From the NCBI GenBank assembly GCA_027488375.1, contig JAIYBW010000010.1, forward strand, positions 113-64,112: 64,000 nucleotides of DNA. Direction: 5' to 3'. Of this stretch, positions 49,695 through 59,778 are shown in pieces. The notes below the pieces were generated by a model. It ran no database searches. It saw only the letters and a list, made by a program, of their open reading frames with translations, and was not told the DNA's origin. Origin of the DNA: Pseudomonadota bacterium. Lineage in GTDB: Bacteria > Bdellovibrionota > Bacteriovoracia > Bacteriovoracales > Bacteriovoracaceae. Numbering within the stretch: position 1 is the first letter of the stretch; every line of letters begins with the position of its first letter. Made by a program: the position numbers and the translations under genes.

Positions 49695-51097
49695 TCCTTA
49701 AGAAATGCTAATGTTGCATCTGGATTTGTCTCGATTTCTAAAATATTAACTTCAAAGAGTTTTGAAAAATCATTCTTCACATAAGATTTCCCAAAGGCCG
49801 CAGCAATGTTGCTAAAATTATTCTCGTGTTCAAGAACCAGTTTACTATCTAGTTTCATCGTTTCAAAAATTCTTCCCCCAAAATTATTAATAATAATGAG
49901 TTTTAAATTATGGGGGATATCTTTCATCGCTGATAAATCATAATGAGTCGTTAAATCACCAAGAATGCAGTAAACGGTTTTCTCAGTACTCACAGCGATG
50001 CCAATAGCTGTCGATAGCTGACCATCAATACCATTCACACCGCGGTTACCAAAAAATTGATACTTCTTCTTATTCACAAGTTCAAAAAATCTAATAATGA
50101 GTGAGTTACCTAAGTAAACAAGACTATTCTCTGGTATGTATTCCTCAAGCCTAGAAAGCACAGCGGGATCAGATTTAGGGTATTTGGAGATCAATTGAAT
50201 TAAAAATGATTCATGAGTTTGATCAATTTTTAATTCTTGGGATTTCTTCAGAATAGTCCAAAACGCATCCATTTTGATTAATTGATTTGAATTTATGGGC
50301 ATAACTGAGCCATGAGACAGTCCAGTAAAACCTCGTTCATCAAAACTAAATTGGGGGTAAGGGTATTCTTCTAAGTTGCGCCATAATTTTGAAAGGGGTG
50401 TATGACCTATCCTAATCACACTTGTTATTTTTTTATCACTTAATGCCTTTAAAATATCTCTTTCAAAACGAAAAGTTGATTCATGGTGGACACCAGAAAG
50501 AATTTCCCCGTAAAAAGGAATTCCTAAATCCTTTAATGAACGTCCCAATAGGTCCATACATGTGTTTTCATGACTTAGAAGAATGAGTGGTGAGGGATTT
50601 TCTAGAATAAATTTATCAAATCCCGTCCAATCTGATGTGTATTCCTTCGGACTAAAAAGAGGCTTCTCATTTTTCTTTTCAATCAAGACATTTATATGAG
50701 CTGGATAATCAATAAGAGAAATATCAAGCTGATTCAAATCTTCTAAATTTAATTCAATAAAAGAGCCCCTGACTCCTCTTGTGACAATTTCATGGTCGAT
50801 GGTTTGAGGTGAGGCCTTGCCATGCATCTTTTTTGGTCTATCCCCAGTAATAAGTAAAAAGGGGAGATTACTGTAAAAGGCTTCAGTCATAGCGGACAAG
50901 CACTCAGTCACAGCAGTCCCTGATGTAGTACAAATTGCAATTGGAGAGCCTAATATTTTTGTTTTTCCAAGGGCCTTAAATGATCCAGATCGCTCATCAA
51001 CTTCATAACTTATTTTATTGTGATTAAAGAAATTAAGGAGATCATTATTCCTAGCTCCTGTGCAGAAATAAACATGGTCCAAATCAAAAAGCTTCAT
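49682..51097 (-). CDS. menD: SEPHCHC synthase (ThDP-dependent), short form
   Basis: VDERSGSF.ALG, CTTSGTA, TGDRP, NRGVNGIDG, GDL..HYD, INNFGG.IF. Confidence 0.9.
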   Translation of the reverse strand: MKLFDLDHVYFCTGARNNDLLNFFNHNKISYEVDERSGSFKALGKTKILGSPIAICTTSGTAVTECLSAMTEAFYSNLPFLLITGDRPKKMHGKASPQTIDHEIVTRGVRGSFIELNLEDLNQLDISLIDYPAHINVLIEKKNEKPLFSPKEYTSDWTGFDKFILENPSPLILLSHENTCMDLLGRSLKDLGIPFYGEILSGVHHESTFRFERDILKALSDKKITSVIRIGHTPLSKLWRNLEEYPYPQFSFDERGFTGLSHGSVMPINSNQLIKMDAFWTILKKSQELKIDQTHESFLIQLISKYPKSDPAVLSRLEEYIPENSLVYLGNSLIIRFFELVNKKKYQFFGNRGVNGIDGQLSTAIGIAVSTEKTVYCILGDLTTHYDLSAMKDIPHNLKLIIINNFGGRIFETMKLDSKLVLEHENNFSNIAAAFGKSYVKNDFSKLFEVNILEIETNPDATLAFLKEWDS

Positions 51098-52164
51098 AAG
51101 AATAATTCTTTTACTGTTTCACGCTTTAATTTAATTTCATTCAACTCAGATGATGCATTCGACTCTTTAATGACTCCTGCACCAGATTCGATGATGAGCT
51201 CATCATCTTTTAATTGAATATTTCTAATCATCACAAGAGCACGATTGTTTTTGAAATGATTAACGCCAAAGACTGATCCAAAAAATCTGTTCGGAAATTT
51301 TTTTGAATAATGAGATTTTTCTAAAAAATTCTTGGCCATTGTTTTTGGCTGTCCACCAAGAGCTGCAGTTGGGGAAAGAGTATCCACTAAATCAAATAAT
51401 CTGTAATGATCCTTTAAAACGCCCTTTATGTCGGTTCTTAGATGGATCATTTTTGAGTAGGGTGTAATATAAGTTTCACCTGTATCAATCTTTGTGCAAA
51501 AGGGTTCGAGACTTTGATTTATATTCTCAATGACGAGATCATGTTCAATTTTATCTTTGAGTGATGTTCGCAATATCTCTTCATCACCTTTTTTTGCCGT
51601 ACCTGCGAGAGCAACTGTATGAATATTATTCGCTTTTATATCAAAAAGAATCTCTGGCGTTGAGCCCATAATGGAAAACTTTTGATTCCAAAGACCGTAG
51701 GGTAGTCCAACTTTAGAGGTTACTGTTTTGTAGAATAAACGCTTTTTAAAATTAATTGGGTTATCGACTTGTATCTTTTCTGAAGATATCAGAACAGCTT
51801 TTTTAAAATCATGATCTAATTCTTTTTGAAGGTCCTGAAAATCCTTTAAAAATAAGTCATCATAGTTTTCTTTTATTTCATATTTAAGGGTCAGATTATT
51901 GTAATCTGCTAGCGCCAATTCAACCTTCTGTTTGTCAATCTCAAGTATATCTTCAGGATAATAATAGTAATATTGAGGGCGGTAGAATTCTTTAATATAA
52001 AAGAACACATTTTTTTCAGGAATTTTCTTTTCACTAAAATAACCGCCTTTACCCAACAGAAGGGTTTGATTGTCATTGATTAACGTAAAAGCACCTTGCT
52101 TAAAAAAGCTTTCATCGATCCAATTATCTAAATGATCAATCGATTCATTCATTAATAAACCCAT
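51094..52164 (-). CDS. menF: Isochorismate synthase / chorismate-binding enzyme
   Basis: KAVL, GSTPE, ALAGT, KDKIEH, HLRT, PTAALGG, GAGV...S....E..E. Confidence 0.85.
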   Translation of the reverse strand: MGLLMNESIDHLDNWIDESFFKQGAFTLINDNQTLLLGKGGYFSEKKIPEKNVFFYIKEFYRPQYYYYYPEDILEIDKQKVELALADYNNLTLKYEIKENYDDLFLKDFQDLQKELDHDFKKAVLISSEKIQVDNPINFKKRLFYKTVTSKVGLPYGLWNQKFSIMGSTPEILFDIKANNIHTVALAGTAKKGDEEILRTSLKDKIEHDLVIENINQSLEPFCTKIDTGETYITPYSKMIHLRTDIKGVLKDHYRLFDLVDTLSPTAALGGQPKTMAKNFLEKSHYSKKFPNRFFGSVFGVNHFKNNRALVMIRNIQLKDDELIIESGAGVIKESNASSELNEIKLKRETVKELFL

Positions 52165-53033
52165 GGAAATTTTTGAAATTCAGCCTCTCTTTTCTCTAAA
52201 AAAGCATTCTTCCCTTCGCGGGCCTCTTCAGTGCCATAGGCGAGTCTAGTGGCCTCACCTGCAAAAACTTGTTGTCCCACAAGACCATCATCAACAAGAT
52301 TAAAGCTAAATTTGAGCATCTTCATGGCTGTCGGTGATTTTGAACAAATAATCTTTGCCCAATTGAGCGCCTCTTCTTCAAGGAGATCATGGGGAACTAC
52401 TTTATTGACCATACCCATTTCGAAGGCTTCTTGAGCAGAGTAAGCCTGTCCGAGAAAGAAAATTTCACGAGCACGTTTTTGACCAATTTGTCGAGCTAGG
52501 TAAGCCGAGCCATAGCCACCATCGAAACTCGCAACATCAGGATCTGTTTGACGAAAGAGGGCATGTTCTTTTGAGGCGATAGTAAGATCACATATAGCAT
52601 GGAGAGAATGCCCACCACCCACGGCCCATCCAGGTACAACCGCGATGACAATCTTAGGCATAAACCTGATCATTCTTTGAACTTCTAGTATATGCAGTCT
52701 TCCGTGCCTGTAATCATTTTTGTCCTTGTAATCATAGCCGGTACTTCCTCTCACATTCTGATCTCCACCGGCACTAAAAGAGTAAATTCCATCTTTTGAA
52801 GACGGACCATTTCCAGTTAAAAGAATGGCGCCGACATCATTTTGACGATGGGCCCACTCGAAAGCGATTAATAATTCATCCACAGTCAGTGGTCTGAATG
52901 CGTTTCTTAGATCAGGTCTATTGAAAGCAATTCTTACAGCACCAGTATTACGGGCACGGTGAAGAGTGATATCTTCAAAATTAAAATTTTCAACTTCATT
53001 CCATTCATTTTTATTAAACGTTGGGGATATCAT
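52152..53033 (-). CDS. menB: 1,4-dihydroxy-2-naphthoyl-CoA synthase
   Basis: Crotonase fold; AGGDQ, LHILEVQR, GGGHSLH, SFDGGYG, QVFAGEAT.LAYGT.EA.EG. Confidence 0.95.
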   Translation of the reverse strand: MISPTFNKNEWNEVENFNFEDITLHRARNTGAVRIAFNRPDLRNAFRPLTVDELLIAFEWAHRQNDVGAILLTGNGPSSKDGIYSFSAGGDQNVRGSTGYDYKDKNDYRHGRLHILEVQRMIRFMPKIVIAVVPGWAVGGGHSLHAICDLTIASKEHALFRQTDPDVASFDGGYGSAYLARQIGQKRAREIFFLGQAYSAQEAFEMGMVNKVVPHDLLEEEALNWAKIICSKSPTAMKMLKFSFNLVDDGLVGQQVFAGEATRLAYGTEEAREGKNAFLEKREAEFQKFPWVY

Positions 53034-53713
53034 ATTAACCTCTTTGCTTCATAGATATAGGCAATCCCTCCAAAAAGAGGGTGATATTTAATTTCAGTAA
53101 AACTAGTATGTTTCTTTAGAAGGGAGCAAAATTTCTCCCCACTCGGGAATTTTTCTGACGAACTAATGAGGTAGTCATAAGCATCAGACCTCTTCGTCAG
53201 CAATGAGAACACAGGAAAGTAGGCTTTAAGGGATGAAAAATAGATTTTCTTCCAAAGATTATTTTCAGGAGTCCCAAATTCTAGAATAAAGAGATTTTTA
53301 GAAACTCGTGATAACTCTTGAAGGGATTTTTCCAAATTTTCGACATTTCTAATCCCAAAAGATATAGTCGCAACATCGAATTCTTCTTCTTTAAAAGGAA
53401 GATTTGAAACATCTTGAACCTGAAAATCAATACAGGATCCTTTCTTGAGCTTGCGTTCATTAGCAGCTTTAATCATAAGAGGCGAGAAATCAATCGCCGT
53501 GATTTTTTGGATACTTCTCTCCTCAAAGCCAAAAGCAATATCTCCAGTACCAGTAGCACAATCAAGTACTGACCGGGTCTCAGATTTAAGAGCTGAATTA
53601 ATCAGCTTCTTTTTCCAAAGACGATGAGTTCCAGCGGAAAGTAAATCATTTAGTAAGTCATATCTTGAAGATATGTCGTCGAACATAGACTTTATATATT
53701 GTGCATTAGGCAT
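53030..53713 (-). CDS. menG: Demethylmenaquinone methyltransferase (MenG/UbiE)
   Basis: MFDDISSRYDLLND, LDCATGTGD, ISFGIRNV, YDYL..S...FP. Confidence 0.9.
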   Translation of the reverse strand: MPNAQYIKSMFDDISSRYDLLNDLLSAGTHRLWKKKLINSALKSETRSVLDCATGTGDIAFGFEERSIQKITAIDFSPLMIKAANERKLKKGSCIDFQVQDVSNLPFKEEEFDVATISFGIRNVENLEKSLQELSRVSKNLFILEFGTPENNLWKKIYFSSLKAYFPVFSLLTKRSDAYDYLISSSEKFPSGEKFCSLLKKHTSFTEIKYHPLFGGIAYIYEAKRLI

Positions 53714-53714
53714 T

Positions 53715-54476
53715 TTATACTCTCAGTTTCTTTTCGAAAATTGGACAGGCCCGACCTAGTTTATGAATAAGCTCTTGATACATCTTTAAATCAAGCGCCT
53801 GTTCCGGATCAGAAAGAGCTTGATTTGGTTGTGGATGGACTTCAACTAAAATTCCGTCGGCGCCAGAGGCAAGGGCCGCCAGAGACGCTTGCACAACATA
53901 CTTTGAGTCACCCATGGCATGAGAAGGATCGACAAAAACTTTGAAAGGGTGATTTTTTTTCAAATACATCACAGCACCTAGATCTAGGGTATTTCTAAGT
54001 TTAGTTTCAAAAGTACGAATACCTCTCTCACAAAGATAAATGTTTTCCTCTCCAAGGTCTGAAAGATAATCAGTTGCCCCTAACCATTCATTAATTGTGG
54101 CGCTAAAACCTCTTTTAAGGAGAACTGGCTTATTGAGTCTTGAGAGCTCCTTCAATAGCTCATAGTTGTACATGTTTCTTGCACCAACTTGAAAACAATC
54201 AATCACAGGCAGAAGTGAATCAATTTGTCTTGGGTCTGTGATTTCAGTGATAAATTTAAAGGGTCTTGTTTTTTTTAAGTTTTTTATGATTTCAATTCCC
54301 TCAGGCCCAAGGCCCTGAAAGCTAGATTTTTTAGTTCGCATTTTATAAATACCCCCTCTAATTAATGAAGGGGTCACTTCAGAATTCAAGACGCTTTGAA
54401 GTTGTGAATGACTTTCAATTGCACATGGCCCAGATATAACTAAAAATTCAGGACTGTCTTTATTGAATAAGTTCAT
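53715..54476 (-). CDS. aroF: DAHP synthase, type I-beta, no regulatory domain
   Basis: GPCAIES, K.RT...SFQGLG, QVGARNM, PVLLKRG, CERGIRTFE, DPSH, EVHP. Confidence 0.88.
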   Translation of the reverse strand: MNLFNKDSPEFLVISGPCAIESHSQLQSVLNSEVTPSLIRGGIYKMRTKKSSFQGLGPEGIEIIKNLKKTRPFKFITEITDPRQIDSLLPVIDCFQVGARNMYNYELLKELSRLNKPVLLKRGFSATINEWLGATDYLSDLGEENIYLCERGIRTFETKLRNTLDLGAVMYLKKNHPFKVFVDPSHAMGDSKYVVQASLAALASGADGILVEVHPQPNQALSDPEQALDLKMYQELIHKLGRACPIFEKKLRV

Positions 54477-55405
54477 TTAGTCCTCTCTTTAATTTGATCA
54501 ATGAAATTAAAAACTTCTTGAGTAATCTCAAGGATGTTCTCAGTATTAGAAGACATAGTAATTTCTGCAAAAAGAACTTTGGCCTCATTCAGGATAAAAT
54601 CAACTTCTTCTTTCGTATCGTTTTGCGCCTCTTCTATTTGTTGAGAAGACCAGGGTCCATCAGAGAACTGACTTCCTCTCATTTGATGAACAACATAATA
54701 GAGTTCCGGATATCTCTTCAGGAGATTTAGAGTGGTAAAATTAATTAATCCATCTTGCAGGTCTTTGTGCTTATCTTTTCCTGAGACACTGGAGAAATCT
54801 AAATTATCGTCAATCATTTGAAAGGCAACTCCAATTTTTTCACCAAAGAGGTGACATTTTTTGACTATATTTTCTTGGGCTCCTGCGACCTGGGCAACCG
54901 ACGAGCAACACCAAGCAAGTAAGGCCCCTGTTTTTTTCCGAGACACTTCAATGAGCTCTTCTTTTGAATTAGTCCCTTTTATTTTGAGTTGATCCTGAAG
55001 AAATTCACCCTCCACAATATCCTCTAGAGCTTCCGAGATTGTTCTAAGAATTTCGTATTCACCGGCACTGACTAATTCACTGATGACCCTAGCAAGAAGG
55101 AAATCTCCGGCAAGCACTGCTCTTGAATTTGTAGTTTTCTTGTGAAGTGTTAGTTCACCTCGTCGGGTATCGGCTTCATCAACGACATCATCATGAATTA
55201 AAGAAGCCGTATGAATAAGTTCAGCAGATCTTGCAATCAAGTATTGTTTTTCTTTTTCGAGATTAAAAATGAGTCCGAAAATTTCGATTATTTTTGGTCT
55301 CATCATTTTTCCACTATGTGAAAGATGAGAGTTAATGACTTCTTGAACTCTATAAGCGTTGCCCCTTCCTGAGAGCTTTAGGAATGATAAATCAGCATTT
55401 GTCAT
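54473..55405 (-). CDS. Polyprenyl diphosphate synthase
   Basis: GKMMRP, HTASLIHDDVVD..DTRRG, AGDFL, KTGAL, FQMIDD motifs; first gene of the operon. Confidence 0.9.
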   Translation of the reverse strand: MTNADLSFLKLSGRGNAYRVQEVINSHLSHSGKMMRPKIIEIFGLIFNLEKEKQYLIARSAELIHTASLIHDDVVDEADTRRGELTLHKKTTNSRAVLAGDFLLARVISELVSAGEYEILRTISEALEDIVEGEFLQDQLKIKGTNSKEELIEVSRKKTGALLAWCCSSVAQVAGAQENIVKKCHLFGEKIGVAFQMIDDNLDFSSVSGKDKHKDLQDGLINFTTLNLLKRYPELYYVVHQMRGSQFSDGPWSSQQIEEAQNDTKEEVDFILNEAKVLFAEITMSSNTENILEITQEVFNFIDQIKERTK

Positions 55406-55569
55406 TAAATACTCCTTTTAAAGTTTAATATCTCTTAAACTTTAAAATCACTAGTTAGACATTGCTCTGTTCAAATTAAATCGATTCTTTGTTTAAGGTT
55501 TTTTTAACTTAAATAGAAAATCTATGAAGCTCAATTTGCAGGTGGAGGATATTTATTGGTAATATTTAA

Positions 55570-56196
55570 CTCCGCTAAAAACATCACAATAGTAAGTAGA
55601 TAATTTAAGTAACTACATACTTACTAAAGAGATTTTGAAATCTATTAATATTAATGACTTAAAAGATTTCATTCCGTTAAAAACATCAACTTACTCCTTC
55701 ATCGACATCGGCCTGGTCCGCCAATCACATCACTTGATTCCATCAATAACATCAACAAGGTTGGTAATCACATCACTTAAAAGAAAACTCCACCAATCAC
55801 ATCACTTAAAGTCTGCCAAAGACATCACACAAATAAGCATCTGAGAAAAACTCCGTTAAAAACATCACGATAAATACTTAGAAGGGTCTGATTTTGGCCA
55901 AAAACATCAAAGCATGATGTCTTTGCCGGAGTTTCTTAAAAAAATATTTTCATCGTTGATGTTTATGGCGGAATTTTGACAATTATCGGGGCGGCCAATC
56001 CATTTACTCCACTAAAAACATCAAACCATGATGTCGATGGCCTACTTTTCCTAGCACTGTTAGAGGCCGTGATGTTTTTGGCCCACTTTCTAGCGGCATG
56101 ATGTTTTAAAAAGAATTCTGCCCCTATGATGTTTTTGGCCTACAAAATATTTTGTGATGTTTTCGGCCGAAAAAATGTGCTTGATGTTTTTAGTGG
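55570..56196. repeat. Iteron array / replication origin upstream of rep
   Basis: Core ACATCA (often in CC.(C/T)AAAAACATCA) on + at 55581, 55683, 55727, 55749, 55770, 55799, 55822, 55862, 55904, 56018 and as TGATGT at 55915, 55957, 56029, 56070, 56099, 56127, 56155, 56182; AT-rich flank 55410-55670. Confidence 0.85.
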
Positions 56197-56220
56197 AAAA
56201 AAGAAATAATTAAGTAACAT

Positions 56221-57726
56221 ATGGAAAATTTTGAAATTAATACTCTGAGTTCAAGTTCTACCTTCAATGCATTAAAGGCGCAGCATAACCTTGCTGAGTT
56301 AAATGCTACAGATACAGCCCCCGTTGTTGTCTCTAACCCCAATGACATAGTGAACTTCAAGTCTGAGTTCAATATCGGTCTCGCACTTCCTTTTGAGTTT
56401 TGCAAAAATAAAAAACAAGACAAATTTGAGAAGCACTCAATGACCAAGTGGTTTGATGAGAACAGTAATCTTCATCGCCTAGAGGTCGTCTTTCGTGGAA
56501 ACTCTGGTGCCGCGGGGAAATTAGACCAGGACGTTTTAAACATCCTCATGTCGATGTGTGTGGAGCAGAAGACTGACTCACCTGTCTTCACCTACGAAGA
56601 GATTAGAAAGCGCCTGGGCCTTTCTAAGGGCTCTCACGGCAACATTCGAGACTCCATCCAGCGTATGCTTGGAATGACCATAGAATTCAAAAAATCCTTC
56701 TATTCTACTTCAGGCTCTAAAAATGTGGATGTTGAAAAGCATCTTATTCAGTCAAGAAAATCTGTTGTCAACGAAGACTACGCTGACCTTAAAAACCTTG
56801 ATGCCCGCCATAGTGTGACCTTTGATAAGGACATTATGCAAAATCTCCTAGGTGGATATTATTCAGTTCTTTCTCGTGAAACTTACCTAAGCCTAGATAG
56901 TGGGGCCGTGAGACGCCTTTATCAGTTAATCGTCTCCCATCGAGATGTTGGTAAAAGAAACGTCTTCACTTTAGAGATTGAAGACATTGCTTCCGTATTA
57001 GGACTTACAAACAAAAAAGAGTTCTTCGGAAACATTAAAAAATACTTCGAGTCCCTTAAAACAGCACTTCCGGATCTAGACTACGTATTTGCAACAGTTG
57101 AAAGAAAGAAAGTTGTTAAGATCTCTTTCCCTGAAACTCATCTCCTTGCTCAAGGTGATCAGTTCCTTGATTCACTTGTAAAGTGGTATGGAGAAGATGT
57201 TTTAGTTACAAATGAAATCTCTCCTGACTTTTTATCTGATCTTCGAGCGAAATATCCAACTAAAGTAGAATTTGAAAAAACAAAAGTTTATCTCTGCGAA
57301 CTCTTAGTAGATATGGTTTTATTCCAAAAGATCACAAACCGAGGCCAAATTAAGTCAGTACGAGCGATTATCTTCGCCTCACTTAATAAGCAAATGGAAT
57401 ACACAAAGCCTGAGGGCTATAAGAGATTTGTAACTGAGAGAGTAAAGCTGAAAGATATTATTGAAACTAAAGAGCTTGCCCTCAAAGAAGTTGAGAGAAA
57501 GAAATTTGAGGTTCAAGTCACAGAGAAGAAAACTCGTGAGCTTGCTGCACTCACTTTTCTGACTGTAAAAAAAGAGCCAAGAGTTTATGCAAAATATGAG
57601 AAAGAAGCCTATAAGCTTTATGGCGAGGAAATTAGAACATCGCTCTTAGGAGAGCAGATTTTAGAAGAGCGTATTAAAGAATTAATTCAGGCCAGAATGG
57701 AAGCTGGCGAACAGATAATGTCATAA
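56221..57726 (+). CDS. Plasmid-type replication initiator (winged-helix RepA/TrfA-like)
   Basis: SEFNI..LPF, DQDVL, FTYEEIRKRLG.S, FDKDIMQNL.GGYY, AVRRLYQL pattern; flanked by iterons and dnaB. Confidence 0.75.
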   Translation: MENFEINTLSSSSTFNALKAQHNLAELNATDTAPVVVSNPNDIVNFKSEFNIGLALPFEFCKNKKQDKFEKHSMTKWFDENSNLHRLEVVFRGNSGAAGKLDQDVLNILMSMCVEQKTDSPVFTYEEIRKRLGLSKGSHGNIRDSIQRMLGMTIEFKKSFYSTSGSKNVDVEKHLIQSRKSVVNEDYADLKNLDARHSVTFDKDIMQNLLGGYYSVLSRETYLSLDSGAVRRLYQLIVSHRDVGKRNVFTLEIEDIASVLGLTNKKEFFGNIKKYFESLKTALPDLDYVFATVERKKVVKISFPETHLLAQGDQFLDSLVKWYGEDVLVTNEISPDFLSDLRAKYPTKVEFEKTKVYLCELLVDMVLFQKITNRGQIKSVRAIIFASLNKQMEYTKPEGYKRFVTERVKLKDIIETKELALKEVERKKFEVQVTEKKTRELAALTFLTVKKEPRVYAKYEKEAYKLYGEEIRTSLLGEQILEERIKELIQARMEAGEQIMS

Positions 57727-57733
57727 GGTGAGC

Positions 57734-59068
57734 ATGGAAGCATTAAACAACAATACAAATGAACTTCTTATCGCTGAAAGAGCATTTTTATCAACGGTCA
57801 TTTCTGACCCCGACTCAATGGGAGAAATCGACTCACTAAAGATAGACGCCGATGACTTCATTGAATTCAGAAATCGCCTTGTTTATCAGCACTTCATAAA
57901 GTTAAAAAATTCAGGAATTAACCCAGACTACATTACACTTGCCGAGAGCTTAAACTCGGCCGGCGAGCTTGAAAAAGTAGGAGGACAATCCTTCCTCGTA
58001 AGTATATTTGATGAGTACGCAAGCTCTGCAAACCTAAAGAGCTATGCCGATCTGATTAAAAGAAAGTCTGTTTTTCGTGATGTCGTTCAAAAAGCAAAAG
58101 AGATTCAATCCATCGCAATCAATGGTGAAGTCACTCAAGATGAGCTTCTTGGGAAAATCAATAAGATCCTAATTGATCTAAATGATAATTCAACCAATGG
58201 TAATTCACTTGATTTAAAAGACTCCATCCTTCAAGTGATTCAGGATTTAAGAGATAAAGACTCCATTAAATCAAAGCTCACGAAGACGGGATTTGATTCA
58301 ATTGATGATAAGATTGTTGGGATTTCCCCAGGACAATTAATTGTTCTAGCTGCTCGACCATCGATGGGTAAAACCGCCCTTGCTTTAAATATCGGTCAAA
58401 AAATTGCTGAAAACTATAATGAGCATGTTGTTGTTTTCTCACTTGAAATGCTTCATGGTGAGCTTACTCAGCGCTTGATTTCCATGGAAGCCTTAGTTAA
58501 TTCTCAAAAATTTAAGTCCCGTGAGTTTAATGCTGAGGACTTAAAGAGAATTGCAAGCGCCTCTGAAAAGCTGTCTAAGCTTCCCATGATTATTGATGAC
58601 TATTCATCAACTTCTCTAGCAAGGATTCGCACTCAGTGCCTACGCTATAAGGCCAAACATGGAAAGCTTCGTGCCGTAGTTGTGGATTATCTACAGCTCA
58701 TGACCATGGAAGAGACTAAAAAAGGCAATAAGGCCGATGATATTGGTGTTATCACAAGAGGTCTTAAGCTTCTTGCTAAAGAGCTTGAATGCCCCGTAAT
58801 CCTTCTTTCTCAGCTTAATCGTGGGGTAGAAGGAAGAGATAATAAGCGTCCAATGCTTCAGGATTTGCGCTCTTCTGGGGATATTGAGCAAGATGCCGAC
58901 ATGGTATGGTTTATTTACCGTGATGAGGTTTATAACGCTGATACGGTCAATAGAGCAGAAGCTGAAATCATTATCGCAAAAAACCGCGGGGGAGAAATAG
59001 GAACAGCGAAACTTGCCTGGAGGGGTGAGTTTACAAAGTTTATATCTCGGGCTGAGGATATTTTTTAA
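57734..59068 (+). CDS. dnaB: Replicative DNA helicase
   Basis: AARPSMGKT, FSLEM, VVDYLQLM, LSQLNR.VE.R..KRP...DLR.SG.IEQDAD. Confidence 0.95.
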   Translation: MEALNNNTNELLIAERAFLSTVISDPDSMGEIDSLKIDADDFIEFRNRLVYQHFIKLKNSGINPDYITLAESLNSAGELEKVGGQSFLVSIFDEYASSANLKSYADLIKRKSVFRDVVQKAKEIQSIAINGEVTQDELLGKINKILIDLNDNSTNGNSLDLKDSILQVIQDLRDKDSIKSKLTKTGFDSIDDKIVGISPGQLIVLAARPSMGKTALALNIGQKIAENYNEHVVVFSLEMLHGELTQRLISMEALVNSQKFKSREFNAEDLKRIASASEKLSKLPMIIDDYSSTSLARIRTQCLRYKAKHGKLRAVVVDYLQLMTMEETKKGNKADDIGVITRGLKLLAKELECPVILLSQLNRGVEGRDNKRPMLQDLRSSGDIEQDADMVWFIYRDEVYNADTVNRAEAEIIIAKNRGGEIGTAKLAWRGEFTKFISRAEDIF

Positions 59069-59102
59069 AAAATAATTTTAATCTTTAATTAAAGGAGAAA
59101 AG

Positions 59103-59705
59103 ATGAAATTTTTATTACTTAGTTTTTTGATGTTGGTATCTGCTCATTCTATGGCTTACTCACCAAGAGTGTTTGGATTAATTAATACTTCAATGAGTTT
59201 TATTGATCATGGATCTTTGGATAACGGGAATGATATTCGTTATGAGGCAGATATGGATGGTGCTGGTTATGGAATAGGAGCTGAATACAAAGTTTATTCT
59301 ACAGCATCGGGAATAAGTTTTAATCCAGGATTCATTTATGAACTTGAAAGAGATACAGATCAAGTAACGACAGTAGCCCCATCTTCAGCTAATTCAAGCC
59401 AAAGTTCGACCCCTAAAATTCAAATGACGACTGTTTATGGGAATGGTCATATTCCTGTATCTGATAAAATTTCATTAGTCGCTGGTATCACTTACCATAT
59501 TCCTGAAGTAGATGCTTCCGGAGCTTTTAAAGGCTACGACATTAAATCAGGAATTGGTTATCAATATGGAGTTGATTTTAAACTTCAGGAATCATTTTTC
59601 GTCCAAATGATGAATAGACGTATTGTATTAGATTCAGAAGATGATTCATATGATGGTAAAGCCGATTTATCTAACTTTTCTTTAATAATTGGTAAGCAGT
59701 TTTAA
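59103..59705 (+). CDS. Small outer-membrane beta-barrel protein
   Basis: AAGGAG RBS, signal peptide, amphipathic strands, terminal Phe (IIGKQF). Confidence 0.75.
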   Translation: MKFLLLSFLMLVSAHSMAYSPRVFGLINTSMSFIDHGSLDNGNDIRYEADMDGAGYGIGAEYKVYSTASGISFNPGFIYELERDTDQVTTVAPSSANSSQSSTPKIQMTTVYGNGHIPVSDKISLVAGITYHIPEVDASGAFKGYDIKSGIGYQYGVDFKLQESFFVQMMNRRIVLDSEDDSYDGKADLSNFSLIIGKQF

Positions 59706-59715
59706 GGTCCACTTT

Positions 59716-59740
59716 TGAGGGTCAGTCAGACTGGCCCTCA
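59716..59740. terminator. Hairpin between convergent genes
   Basis: TGAGGGTCAGT-CAG-ACTGGCCCTCA. Confidence 0.7.
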
Positions 59741-59778
59741 CATTAAAATACTCATCTGAAAATTTTAGAATTTCTTGA

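Larger units (their letters stand above)
42123..59068. mobile_element. Plasmid/chromid backbone (resolvase module, par, iterons, rep, dnaB) with the men operon inside it
   Basis: Co-location of all maintenance modules; whether it is free or integrated cannot be seen from this window. Confidence 0.75.

Noticed and set aside
55570-56196. Regularly spaced repeats as a CRISPR array
   Set aside because: Core only 6-15 bp, both orientations, period about 21-29 bp for most copies, no cas genes; position before rep fits iterons.
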